Positions 44,801 through 59,076 of a DNA stretch of 64,000 nt are shown here, in pieces (the stretch's first letter is position 1; each line of letters begins with the position of its first letter). The notes below the pieces were generated by a model. The model ran no database searches. It saw nothing but the letters and a program-made list of their open reading frames with translations, and had not been told where the DNA came from. Both the position numbers and the translations under genes were made by a program. Source of the DNA: Klebsormidium nitens (taxonomy: Eukaryota > Plantae > Klebsormidiophyceae); contig DF237415.1 of assembly GCA_000708835.1 (NCBI GenBank), forward strand, positions 11,982 through 75,981, read 5' to 3'.

Positions 44801-47499
44801 GCGCCAGAGCCGGCGAGCCGCGCCCCCACGAGCATGCGCCATCTGCCGTCTCCGGCCAGCCACTGCCATCAGACGGGCCACTCAGGGAGTCAGACGAGCC
44901 GCAGCCAGCAAAGTCGACAGCGTGGGATGCAAGTCTGCAAGCACAACAGACCGCAGAGGAGAAGAAAAGAATCTGACCAACGCAGCTGACGACGGCTGCT
45001 TCGCTAAGGAAACGTACCGCGGTCGTCGGATCCCGGAAATCCAGGTTGTTCACACCCGGGGGGGGAGATATCACAGGATTCTGCGGCGACTTTTTCCATT
45101 GACGCAGCAGAGGATCTGCAGCATCCACTGGCGTCGCCAGATTTTGAACCTGCAGGAGGGGCCGCCAAGAGGGTCCGTCAGGTGACGGTCGCGTAAATTG
45201 TTGGAACGCCTACACTACCCAGTGGGGCCGGCCATCAAGCGAGACGGCGACCTGGAGAACAGCCACGGACGGAGTGTGGCCAGACGGAATGGGACGTGCG
45301 AGTCACTGGACTGACGCAGGGCACCCGTCTGGCAAACGGCACGGGCAGCCGCCGTGGCCAGCGTGGTGCATGGCAGCATGGCAGCGTCGCTGGGCATCCC
45401 CGCGAGGGCTGGGCGCGGGCTGGGGGCTGACCTGCACCGACTGGTTGGTGAGCCCCGTGTACACCAGCACGACGCTGCCGTCCTGCAGCACGGTCGCAGA
45501 CCCGGACCTGCACGCAAGCAGGGGCACGGCGTGAGCGGGACGAGGGGGAGGGGCGACCAGAAGGGCCGTGGGCCAATGGCGAGGGTGTCGCTGAGAAGAG
45601 TGCGGAAGGGGACGTAAGCGAGTAGGACGTGCTAGGGCCCAGTTGTCACTTGGGGAAGAAAGAACCAGCATGTGCTGAGCTGTGCTTTTTGGACTTTGAT
45701 CTTAGACAGCACTTTGTTCAGGTTTGACAACTCCAAGGTGTATGCGGGACCAATACCCCCTATTGCATTTCAGAACGTAATTCATTTGGATTGCAAAGGA
45801 GCTTGTCTGGGCAAGGCCCGAAAACAAGACTGATAGTCTGGAAAGGATGCTTTCAAAAAGCAAGCCTGGCTGAAGTGTTGCTCAAATGCCTGATGGGTTG
45901 ATTGCAGACTCACCAGACCCCCTGCCGATCGTACCATTCATCTGGCGCGAGCGCTGCAGGTTCAGAAGCACGAAAGTAGAATTCGTATCGACAAAAGCAT
46001 AGAGACATGTTGCCAGCAGATTACCCTTGTTCCCTAACAGAACGCCGATTTGCTTTGAACTTTCAAATGCGAGTGCAGATCAACCTGAGCTGGTGATTGC
46101 AAGTTGGCAAGAGCAAAGCTTCCAAACTGACTGCCGAGGTTCTACGCGTACATTGTGCAGCGATGCCATGTAGCCTGGAGGACGGGACGCCTACCAATGG
46201 GACCCGTGTTCCAGTGGATCAGGTCACTGGAGACGGCATGGCCCCTGCACACAAGATCTGGATACTCACATCTCATCACAGCCAGGAAACCACTCTCATC
46301 TCAGAGTATGTCATCTGAGCTTTCTTGAGCAGTGCCAGGACTTGCTGCGCCCTATGCTCCATTTTACGCAGGTACCTCATTCACACAGGTAGCTCACATT
46401 GTTGACAGGATGCCTAGCGATGGGGTTGACAGGAATCAGCGTTGAACTGTGTAAGCTTAGAAGATGAAAGGAGTTTACCATGTAATGTTTCCCCAAACTG
46501 CAGCGAGGCCGTTGTACTGCAAGTCCATGACAGAGAATCTTTTGAGCAGTAGGGCTAGCTTACAGCATCCATACTTCCTTCAGGAGTCAGCTACACCTGT
46601 AACCATTTGACCTCAATCTGCACTCAGACTATGTCAACGGTGTCTGCTTAACTGATACCAAGGCTTGTCAGACAACTGAGCCAAGTTGAGAGCTGTATAC
46701 CTTCCAGACCTTTTTGACATTCAAAAGGTCCTTAGTTTGGAAGCACCCTCTATATGCAACTTGCAAGATACGGGATTGATGACTCGAGCATACCTGAAAG
46801 AACAAGTGATAGTAGCCTTTGTAGAAGACCGGGCCTGCAAGGGGGGGAGATCAAAACAGATTGGTGCTGCTATCATTGTGCACAGAAGACGTGAGTCAGG
46901 ACATGTTTGCAGGGTCAGTGGTCGGACAGTGGACCAGGTCTGCGGCACGTCAATCTGAATGGTGCGAGTTCTGTGTGCAACACTGAAGGTGGGGAAGCCG
47001 GCCTTGAGAGGCCAGCTAGACTGGCAGTCATGTGAGGCAGGGTCCGAGTTGCAGCTGAAAGGGGCTCACCATTTGGATCATTCATCCAATGACCATCAGG
47101 TGGTTGAAAGTGAAACGCCGAGCGGTAGCTTGCTGCCAGAGATGGCTTGTGCTTGACTGCGTGCTTGCCGGTAGTGAGCTCCAGTACAATGCCAAGGCCC
47201 AACACTAGAAGAATAACTATGGCAATTGCAAGCATGAGAACTTTCCTTTGCTCATACACTGCCCTTCTCCATCGCGCTTGTCTTGAGACAAGACGATGAG
47301 GCCAGAACTCTTTTTCCGGGCCCTCATTGCTGATGTCCAGTGTATGTCCCAAGATCTCCGCCTGATGGAAGGACGCATCATGAGATGCTGTAACATAGCC
47401 TGCCTTCGCTACCTCATTGTCTTTATCCAGGATGTCGATGCTAGCACTGTCTAAATTTCCCTGCTCCGGAAGCAAGCTTATTGCATCTTTCTCCTCCAT
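41890..47499 (-). CDS. GH32 beta-fructofuranosidase (acid invertase / fructan hydrolase family) with N-terminal signal-anchor
   Basis: Spliced exons give [127 protein letters not shown] and C-terminal [25 protein letters not shown]. All three catalytic motifs (NDPN, RDP, EC) are present. TGA at 41890-41892. Confidence 0.95.
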
Positions 47500-47983
47500 C
47501 GGTTAGGCAGCTCATACGCCTACAACATGAATGTAAGCCTCTGACTTTTTTGAGATAGTTGACAGCCTTCTAAGGAGCCAGGAAAAGCTCTCGAAGCATG
47601 CCCCTCTGTTCCAAGTTTACCAGCTGCCGAGGAGGGAATACATATTAAGAACTTTCAGCCCCGGCAGTGCTGGTTTCTCATTTCCTGAGCGCAGGGACCG
47701 AGATCACATGGTTTTCCGTCGATAGAGCCCCAGCAAAGCGCCCAGTCCTAGCAGCATGCTGTGAATTCATCCGCTGTAAATTTGCATGACTCAGATTTTA
47801 GGGTTTGACTTTTGACATGCAGATCTATGCACAGTCTCGTTCGGCCTTCACACGCTGGCTGTATAATACCTACGGTACATGATAAGTGCCGTAGCTGTAA
47901 ACGGCAGGTCTAAGTGTCCTGTTCACGTATCCAGTCCCGTCCGTCGAGGTCTACAGCTGTCCTGAGACGTGAGTGAGTCGTTA

Positions 47984-48092
47984 CAGCAATTTCCGGGGCA
48001 AGCTTCCCGGTTGCGATCGATAAATACATACAGTAGGGTGCCCTATCTATCGATCGCAAGTTGCAACCGGGATGCTTCTTCCGAAACTGCTG
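47984..48092. mobile_element. 109-bp foldback element with TTA target duplication (Harbinger/Tourist-like MITE, or hairpin RNA precursor)
   Basis: Left arm cagcaatttccggggcaagcttcccggttgcgatcgata pairs imperfectly with right arm tatcgatcgcaa(gttgcaa)ccgggatgcttcttccgaaactgctg. TTA flanks both ends (47981-47983 and 48093-48095). The loop holds an inner hairpin taggg-tg-cccta. Confidence 0.7.
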
Positions 48093-48614
48093 TTAAAATG
48101 TTTCAGCCCAGCTGGAGCGAGTAAATAACATTGTGAGAAACGTTGTGCCGGCAGAGAGCCCTCGTCAAGATAGACGGTTGGAAAGCCGGCATCAACTGGC
48201 CAATGCCTCTGAACGATACAACCTAATACGGTACCATGGTACCGTACACAGCTAGTAGGCGGTATGGTTTCGGGTGTGTCGTACCCCGTCGGCGCTGGTC
48301 AAGAGACCGTAGGTAGGTAGGTACCGGTGCGGTGAAGGCTCTAGTCTAGAGAGTACCGCGGTAAGACTTCGCATGTGTATAATATGTAAATAGGTACCTA
48401 GAAAGGCAAAATCCCTAGCCACAGCCAGCAGGGCTCTGCATGTTTCAATGTGTTTGCCATAGGTACGCATGTTTTCCATTGCCCTTTCGCTTAATATCTT
48501 GAAGTTGTAAACCGTAGCTGGGTCCAAGACTCCGAGTGGGTCCAAGTCGCAGAGCAAGAGATTTCGCTAAGCTGAGCTTCAAATTCTACGTTCTATTGTT
48601 CTAAGCCATCCGCA

Positions 48615-51540
48615 ATGGGTATCACTAAGCCCCTCGGATGTGCGGTGCTGGTGCTGCTGGTGCAATTTCTGAGGGGCGTGCATAGCGGGGGCATGGCTAG
48701 CGCTATATCGACTGACGGCATGCGTTTTGTGGATGCGGAGGGCAGGACTGTCATCCTGAGAGGGTTCAATGTCGCCGGCGATGCCAAGCTGCCAGACTAC
48801 CGCCCCCTCAAAAACCTGACCACTCTCAATGGTGAGCCATCTTCCCCTTTGCAAAGGCAGCATGCTGCGTAATTAGAAGCTCCTATGCAGGGCATGTGCC
48901 TGCATGTAATCATTTTCTTATGCGGGAGTCTTTTGAGCACGTCTAGCAGACCCTCTCTGCCAAGCAGGTGAATTGCCACGCTGGACCATATTATGCTTTG
49001 ACGCTGATTTATACTTCCCACAGATCTGAGACGTTTTGGGGTGAATGTTGTGAGGAGCTTATTTATCTGGTAAGCGGAAAGAAGCCCTCTGCGCTCAAAT
49101 AAGTCAGCAATTGCTAGTCCTTTTCTTCAGGGTTCTTGTACGTCAATTTCTGTTGTGCCCCTCATTCTTGAACCTCTCCATTCACTCCATCAGACTCTTT
49201 ATGTTTTTCGCGTTAGCTACTCTTCTTTATATATCATGGGATTTTGATGCTAAGAGGAATAGTTATAGACCATCTTCTGCTGGCTCCCAATTCTCGTGTT
49301 TCCCTCAGCTGCACTCGGCTGACTACCGCTCCCTGGCTTGTTGCTCCAAGTTTGCACGCTTTCCTTGATGACAAACCGCCTAGCAGCAAGGCACCTCATA
49401 TGATCGGACTGGCCTCCTTGCACTCTCTGGCGTGCAGGGAGGCGTACGAGGGCGTGCGTGGGGTGTACGACGCCAGCTACCTGGAGTACCACCTGGGGGT
49501 GGTGGACCACCTCGCGCGCCTGGGCATCCACACCATCCTGGACATCCACCAGGTGAGGACGCCCCCCCGCACCTGCGCAGCCCCAGCCCAGCGGCTGCTG
49601 CAACCAAGCGGGCAAGCAGGCCAGGGCTGCCTGCCCTCTCATTGGGCTATTCTACAGGCTGAAGTCCACAAGACCTGGACGTCCTGGCTCCGCCGCGCTG
49701 ACGATGGAAGGCCGGCTGCTGCTGCTGCAGGATGCATTCTCCCGCTATACGCTGGGGGGTTGCGGTGATGGCTTCCCGCTGTGGGCCATCCCTGCCCGCT
49801 TCTCTCCTGCGGCTCCGGACAACTCCCTCCAGAATTGCTCCCGATGGGGGCCGAGGCTGGTCACGGATCAGCCCACCCGCCGTGTTTTTGAGGCCTTCTA
49901 CAAGTGAGTGGGCTTGTGCAGCAGGAGCTGCGGCCAAGAGCCTAGACATGGCTTTGGAGGGCCTGCCCACTGGCGCCATCGCTCAAGAATACTGCTATGC
50001 AGGTTGAGGAGGATGAGAGTCTCCACAAACAGAGCGGGGGAAAGGCATCCTGAGTGTACTTGCATGCCGCTGTTTGAACTTGTCGATCTGCCTTCTCCGA
50101 CATCCTGGTTTGTGCCACCCTGGCAGCAACGAGGGCGGCGTGCGAGACAGTTACCTGGCCCTGGTGGAACACCTGGCGGGCGTGTTCCGCACGCGGCCGT
50201 CTGTCATTGGCTTCGACCTGCTCAACGAGCCCGTGGGCGACGAGGTGCGCCACGTGGCCCCCCTCTACACCGACGCAGCCGCCCGCGTGCGCGGCGCCAA
50301 CAGCAGCGCGCTCATCCTGGCGACCCCCGGCTTCCTCGTTGGCTCCGGCTTCGTGCCCACGCGGCTCCGCCCGCCGCCCGTGGACCACGCCGTCTTCAGC
50401 CCGCACTTCTACAACTTCGTCAGTGAGGACCCACCTGGCAAGCGCAGCGCAGCAAGCCTCCTCGTCTCTCAGCTGCGCCTGCGCACATGTCTGGACAGCG
50501 TGCAGGCAAGCCCCGCTGCTCCAGTCCTGATTGCCTGCCGGGTTCGTGCTGTGCAGACCTTGCTGGCGGCTACGACTTTGGTGTGTACACGCGCTCGGTG
50601 CTGCGGCGGCTGCTGGCCGTGTCGCGCTCATGGGGCGAGCCGCTGTTCTTGGGCGAGTTCGGGGTGTTCCACGGCCGCTTTGCCGACCTGTTTGCCGCCG
50701 ACATGTACCGCTTCCTGGACGACAACTTCCTGTCCGGCTGTCAGGTGCACCCGCTTCCCATACTCGACATTCCAGATTGTGGAAATGTGACTCCGTATTG
50801 TGTCGTCACTGATATGATACACTCTGTTGTTGCATACGCCCCCAAAACTGCTGTGGCGCTTGCCCCCGCTCGTCGTGTGCGTGGCTGTCTGGCTGACCCC
50901 GCAGCTGGCGCGTGCAGTGGAGCTACACCACCAACTGGTCCCCCGACAAAAAAGATGGTTGGAACGGGTGAGCATCGTACCGCCACCAGACCCTCTCTCC
51001 AAGGAACAGGTTCTGCCAAATTGTTCTGGAGTGCGGACCCTGTTAGCTTACCCGATCGGAACTTGCCTGTGGTCTTGCCCCTGGCTTTGCGCCTGGCTGG
51101 ATAGCATGTCCTTGTTGCCGCCGCTCGTGCGTCAAAGATGCTGGCCCCACTCCGCCATTCCCTCGCCGCCTTATGTCCACCTCTGACTCGTTGGCCCGCA
51201 CCTGGGCCCCCTCTGTCTCAGCGAAGATTTGTCCGTTGTGGCCGGCGGGGTAACGCGGGGCTTCCCCTTCACGCCATCTCCTCGAGTTCTTGCGGGGACC
51301 CCCCTTGTCGCTCGCACCGTGCCCCACGTCTCGTACGAGCTGTCGTGGCGCAGCAACGGGGCACCACGGACGAGGGCCGCCGAGATTTATTTTCCTCTGA
51401 ACGAGTTCTGCGGTTCTAACGGATTTGCAACTATTGAGGCATCCCCGTCGCTGGAGTGTGGGTATCAGGATGCATACTCTCTCCTGTGTAATCAAACAGC
51501 TGTTGCAGAGGGCACGCTCTCGGTGCGAGTAAATTGCTAG
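48615..51540 (+). CDS. Secreted GH5 glycoside hydrolase, endoglycoceramidase/EGCrP-like
   Basis: Signal peptide MGITKPLGCAVLVLLVQFLRGVHS; FVDAEGRTVILRGFNVAGDAKLP; FGVNVVRSLFIW-EAYE; ILDIHQ-DAFSRYTLGGCGDGFPLWA; acid/base GFDLLNEP (Glu codon 50227-50229); VFSPHFY; nucleophile LFLGEFG (Glu codon 50655-50657); WSYTTNW; PRVLAGTP in the C-terminal domain. TAG at 51538-51540. Confidence 0.88.
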
Positions 51541-54414
51541 GATAGAGGTTTCATTAAAACGCGCTCTCAAGGTGTTGTGGTACGTTATTTCCAGTGACAC
51601 GTGCCAATGTGAACTTGAGATAACAGGTTTTGTACGTTGTCGAGAGCATTCAGAGCCCCTGAATGTCATGCAGCAATCTGTTAGCCTAGGCTGCCCGATC
51701 AATCAGGATCAAGATCCATGTTGTTGACGTACTATTGATAGGTGAGCAATCAAGGATGCAGCCGGTCACCATAGGCCGCACTGCATGCTTCGGGAACTCG
51801 GTAGTACAATAGTAAGATTAATCAAGTCAGTAAGTCAATAAGCAAGACCCGGACTAAAGTAAGATTGAGGTATGATGCTTGAAAGAGGTCCAGCCTGTAC
51901 AATATTGAAGCTCGCCCGGTTGAACTATTCTTTTTCTTGTCAGGATTCAGTGCTTGACTCTGACCTCCACTTCAACCAGTGGTCAAGCCCGTCTTGACTT
52001 GGATCAAGCATTGAATAGGGCAGGGCCGCTTGAAGCATATATGTGCTGCATCAAGTTTGCGACGCTCCTTGGACAATTCAAGAAGTCATGCACTACTAAT
52101 TCATAAGATCTGACCTAGGGAAGTTGCTCGCTGCCCTTCATTCATGACTCAGCCTGCATGATGATCGCACGCAATATAGGTTCAAGGCTACAGTAGCGGC
52201 GGACAATTTTTACCCGCTCGTCAATATTATATCATTGCTATAGTACAGAGTTGCATATGCCATGTGTGCATGCCGCCGGCAGTGATATGGGCATTCAATC
52301 CCTTAATATCATAAACCTACAGGCACGCCGTTCGCGACTAGCTCGAGTTCATGTGCAATCATGAATGTGCAAATGAATAGGACGTCCATGCAGTTTCAAG
52401 CTCTGGCATGAAAGCCGATGATCGGCTGCATGTTTCTTTGTACCATATGCACAAGCAACCTATGGTGGGTATCGGCGGTCTCGATCGCGCGACGGTCCGG
52501 TCACAAATTTGAATCACCGGTGTGTCGCGTCGCGACAATTACTGTACGCGGTACTGACGACCGTGCAGACCGGTACTTGAGAATCCGGTGCGAGTTCATA
52601 AATTAGAATCTGTCTGACATTCCGATCGTCAGAAACTTCCGGAGTTTCCGGCGGTACGGTACCGATCAAGTCTGAGAGTACGTGAAACTTGAAAATCATG
52701 GTTTCGATCGGAAGTTCCGACTCGAACCACCCTAGAGTACCGCGGTACCTAACTTGAAAGGAGAGTGCAGAAGATGGAAACGGGAGTGTAGGGAATGGCG
52801 CTTTTTAGAAGCAAGCAATGGCGGCCAACTTTGCAGCCACGATGGTGCTTCTTCCGATTTGTCCTCAACATAACAAGATGTTGGAGCTTCGAAGGAGCCT
52901 TCATGACGCTCTCCCAACATTTTTTTCTGCTTGTCAGAGGTTTTTATAAGCTGCATATGGCTCTTCTTTGCGTGCCAATTTGATGCTCCTCTCAAAGTGT
53001 AAAACCTGACACTGTCTAAGAATCTCCTCACACTTACTTACGGCCCGGCAAAATTTTTCTGAGTATTTGTACCGCCCGAGTAACATAAACCTGAGTAGCC
53101 GTGACGCGAACCGCCGGTAACACTGACGATATTCGATACGCGCTAAATCGATTTTGTGGCGGCCGGAGTCGGAATCGACTCGGCCGGTACCCACCATAGG
53201 TAGCTTGTGTGTCGGCATATACTTTAGATCGAAGATTCCTTTGGCATATGCTGTCATGGCGCGTGTCACTGTGCAATACCTCCCAAGGTTGGTTTTGGTT
53301 CCGACTAATACTATAAGCGTCAGTTGTACGCCACAACCAAACTTGAAACGTACAGCTAGGCCATGGGTTTCTCGTGTATACAAGTACAAAGATTTTCCGA
53401 GTCATCATGCAATTGCGCACGCCTGCAAAAACGTATGCTCCGGCTAGCCTGAACCTTGGAAGAGTATTACACAACGTACCCCTTTCGAATTTTACTTGGC
53501 AACGTCAATTTGACTAGCCAGTCATATTGTCAATTGACAGGATTGCACGTAGACAATACCGGCCCTGGGCTCGCGCCATATATACTACAAGCCGCCAAGC
53601 CTATAAAAAATTCCCTGCTTAATTGTCCATACGTACACGTACATATATGCACTCGGTGCATCAATCGATCTTAGCAACCAGGCATAATCGCCGCGACGTG
53701 CCATCTTAAACAATAATCAATCAGTCGCAATATCCGCATGTGCCGCGTTGCATGGACTAGAACCCTCTAGCTAGGCGGCCGCGGAGAGCTGCAAATTTCG
53801 AGCAGCGCGCCTCGTTGCAAGCTATACTATGACTGCATTCGGCGGTGATTAGTGCATTGAGCGCAGGCTACTGATTGTGCGCATACTTGAATTCCACCTC
53901 CAGTGCCAGGTGGCTTGTGCGCACGTCGAGGCTGTGTGGAAAGCGGCACCAATCTTGCGGTTGGAGCTCGCGCGCGCGCGCATATATGAATCGTCTACCT
54001 TGTGTCACTACCGCTGGACGGTAGTACCGTCCAGCAGACTGAGAAGTAGGTCAGGCACTACGACAGGCGAGTCCCATGAAGTGCGGGGCTGGCTGCCATC
54101 CACCCGCACTCGAGTCATACTTCATGACCAGCCAGGCAACCAACTTGCCAAGATTGTATATGAGCGTAGAAGTGTGATTCTTGGACCTAACATGCACCCG
54201 CCCGGGGACCGGTGAATTAATGCATGACGCTTGCTTCTCTAAGATCCGATGACCCTCAGTGGGCTAATCAATACCGCGTGGCCGCGGGTCCCAGTATATA
54301 CAGCACAAGCATACATGGCGGGTCAGAAATCCGAGATGAAATGCTCCGTCTCGTTAGATTTTCTTGGCGAAGGAAAGATGTCGTCTGCCTTGTTGCATAG
54401 CCGTTAGTGCCTCC

Positions 54415-56580
<2,166 letters not shown>

Positions 56581-57344
56581 ATTGGCAGCCTCAGTCGCAT
56601 CAGCAGAAGATCAATAAAGGAAGGTGAAGGCGCCGCAACAAACGCTGTGAGAGCGATGTTGCCCCTCGGTGTTAATTCGCTTATAGATTTCTTTTGCTCA
56701 CAGTTTCGTTGTTTTACAATAGGCATGATGTTTTGCGGCACGGGGCAGCGCATATCAGCACCAAGGCCAGCATTCTAAAACAGGCTAACCAGGGCAATTT
56801 CAACGCCTCCGCCAGCAAACATTGTTTTTGCAGACATGATTACAATCTTGCAGAGTCTGCAGCTAGGAAGGTGTAAGGAAGAACGAAGAAACTTCTCACA
56901 AAACCTCTCGGACACAAGGCAGAGTCTGAATAAGCAGCATTGTTCACCTGGCCATTGCAGTGGCCCAGACGCACTACACAAGGTAGTAATACTTCAACTT
57001 ACTAGTAAAACCCAAAGAACATTCGCAGCATGATTTGCGAACACCATTGCGGAGCTGGTAGGCACGATGCATACATGCAATGCTGCTGGTCTTACCTCCC
57101 ATGAGTTTCTACAAGGAATCCCAGCAGGGACCCTATGCTTCACTGGTCTGCTAGGCAAGCTGCTGCTTAGCGGCGCCTGAAACTTTGAGCATCCAATCAA
57201 CCGAAAATCTCCACAGTCCAGACCTGATCAAGAGCTGGAACTTGAAGAGTGTAGGCCAGGGGCAGGGGCCTCCTAGACCTCGATTGCAGGCGCCATGCAG
57301 GCATAAAAGTGCTTGTTAAATCCGTGCGATAGCGAGGGTGGTCT

Positions 57345-57842
57345 ACAAATTAATAAAAACCGTATATCGCAGATGTCGGGTGGTCTACAAAATTGGAATC
57401 CCCGGGCGGTTGTCACAGGGAAGTACCGGGCAAACTAAAAACCTAGGATAGAGTGACCGCCACACACCCTAATGTCACTGGGAAGTGCCCGGTTGTCACT
57501 CGGTTGCCCGCGAGACCCTAATGTCACAGGGAGGGCCCGGTTGCTTCCCGGGCGGTACGCGAGACCCTAATGCTAGTGGACTTGCAGTGCTGGTTGAACC
57601 CGGGGCAAGCCGTCGCGAACCACCACCCCACCCCCTCCAATTGAGACGGTCGTGGCGAGCAACTTTGTGGGTCGACACGGTCGCGTTGCGCACGGTCGAT
57701 ATCGGACCGTGCGTTGCCGATCGTACGGTATACGATGCAGCCGCGGTCCAACCCTGTTGGAGTCAAATAGGCCATTTCGCACGGTCTTGACAATTTTGTC
57801 GGGAGCATCGACATCTGCGATATATGGTTTTAACTAATTTGT
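57345..57842. mobile_element. Non-autonomous TIR element (~500 bp) with internal subterminal repeats
   Basis: Left acaaattaataaaaaccgtatatcgcagatgtcg..acaaaattg (57345-57395) matches the reverse complement of 57791-57842 (acaaattagttaaaaccatatatcgcagatgtcg..acaaaattg). Internal repeats ccctaatg and cggttgtcac. No clear target duplication. Confidence 0.8.
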
Positions 57843-58734
57843 CCGGTCGTCGATCATCGCATGGAAATAAGCCACTTTCCTTACTCGCGCGCCATCATCA
57901 TAGCTCTGGCAATATGATTGCGCCCTCATTGGCATCAAAATGGGCTAGGAGGGACACCGCCCTTCGGGCGGTATCCTCCTAGTATGGGTTCAGTGGCTTC
58001 GCGGCCCTGCCAAGACCGAACCGGCCTGAGTTTGAGGCCGATGAGAAGGTCTTTATGTCCGGTAGGGCGCCTTGGTGATTCTTTCCGGGCGCTCAGCATG
58101 ACCCCGGTGCGTACCGCGGTCTGACAATCCCGTGGTTTTGGTGAAATTAGGTTTAATGGTTATATAATTTGAACTTGGTTCATGTTGCGCGCGAGCCAAT
58201 ATGTCCCCCACAGAATTCGCTCGCGGGCACATTTTGGACTGCATTTTGCGCACGTTTTTCCGGAGTTTTCTCACGATGCAGCTTGGCACGTGAGAAGGGG
58301 GTCTTGATTCCTACTGTCTCCTACTCCTAGCCAACCAGGGTAAGCTTAGATGAGTGTACTCGGCCTCTGTCTAGCCTAGACTCTAGAGGTACGTACCCCT
58401 TTTCCAGAAGGCATGAATCGCCCCCCCCCTCGCCTCTTCTCTGTTCGATGTCTTTCCATATACGGTTACCGGGTAAATATGCTGCATGCAAATTTAACGT
58501 ATATACCGGATCGAAATTGCAGGGGGTTTTGCTCGAGATATATGATCTGGTTTTCACTCGGTAAATCAGCCCTGGGGCCCGCAGATCGATATGCAAGCAA
58601 TGGAGCCTCAAGCCCCTGCCCCCCCCTTGCATGAGTTACATACAGGGGGACCAAACACCCCATGTAAGAAAGTTAGCAACATGAACCATGTGCCAGCAGC
58701 TAAACGGCTAATTGCCCGGAACTGAAGATTATAA

Positions 58735-59076
58735 GGGTAAGGTCACGTTGAAGCTGACCCCCTATGTTCAGTTCAGAGGGTGGGGGGTTGGGGGTTTGGA
58801 ATCCTAAGGGCAGCGGGAGAGGGGGGGGGCTCGGGGTTTCCGCCACTTCCGCCATGGTCGAGCCGCGCAGGCTCGGAAATTGTTGTAATATCGGTCTGAA
58901 AATGCTGTTTTCAGGGGCAAAATAGCCGCAAAACACACATATTCATACAGCCGGAGGGGGGGGGGGCTCGGCTTATGCTTGAGTGGAGCACAGCGGGAGG
59001 GGGGGGGGTTTGGCCGTTCGGGTCTCGAGGGGCTCTGGACTGAACATAGGGGGTCCACTACAAAATGACCCTACCC
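58735..59076. mobile_element. PIF/Harbinger (Tourist-like) MITE, 342 bp, TAA target duplication
   Basis: TAA (58732-58734) | gggtaaggtca..gaccccctatgttcagttcagag ... ctctggactgaacatagggggtc..tgaccctaccc | TAA (59077-59079). About 45-bp imperfect TIRs starting GGG with a TWA duplication. Confidence 0.9.

Noticed and set aside
48252-48557. 101-aa minus-strand ORF in the GH32/GH5 spacer
   Set aside because: No recognisable domain or splice context and a weak start. Could be a transposon relic but unsupported.
52700-52745. ggttcgagtc B-box-like word on the minus strand as a tRNA or SINE
   Set aside because: No A box, acceptor stem or cloverleaf could be built. The same applies to ggttcga hits near 7788, 30091 and 41078.
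53161-53185. GC hairpin ggccggagtcg-gaat-cgactcggcc as a Helitron 3' end
   Set aside because: No CTRR terminus at the expected distance and no identifiable 5' TC end or Rep/helicase sequence.
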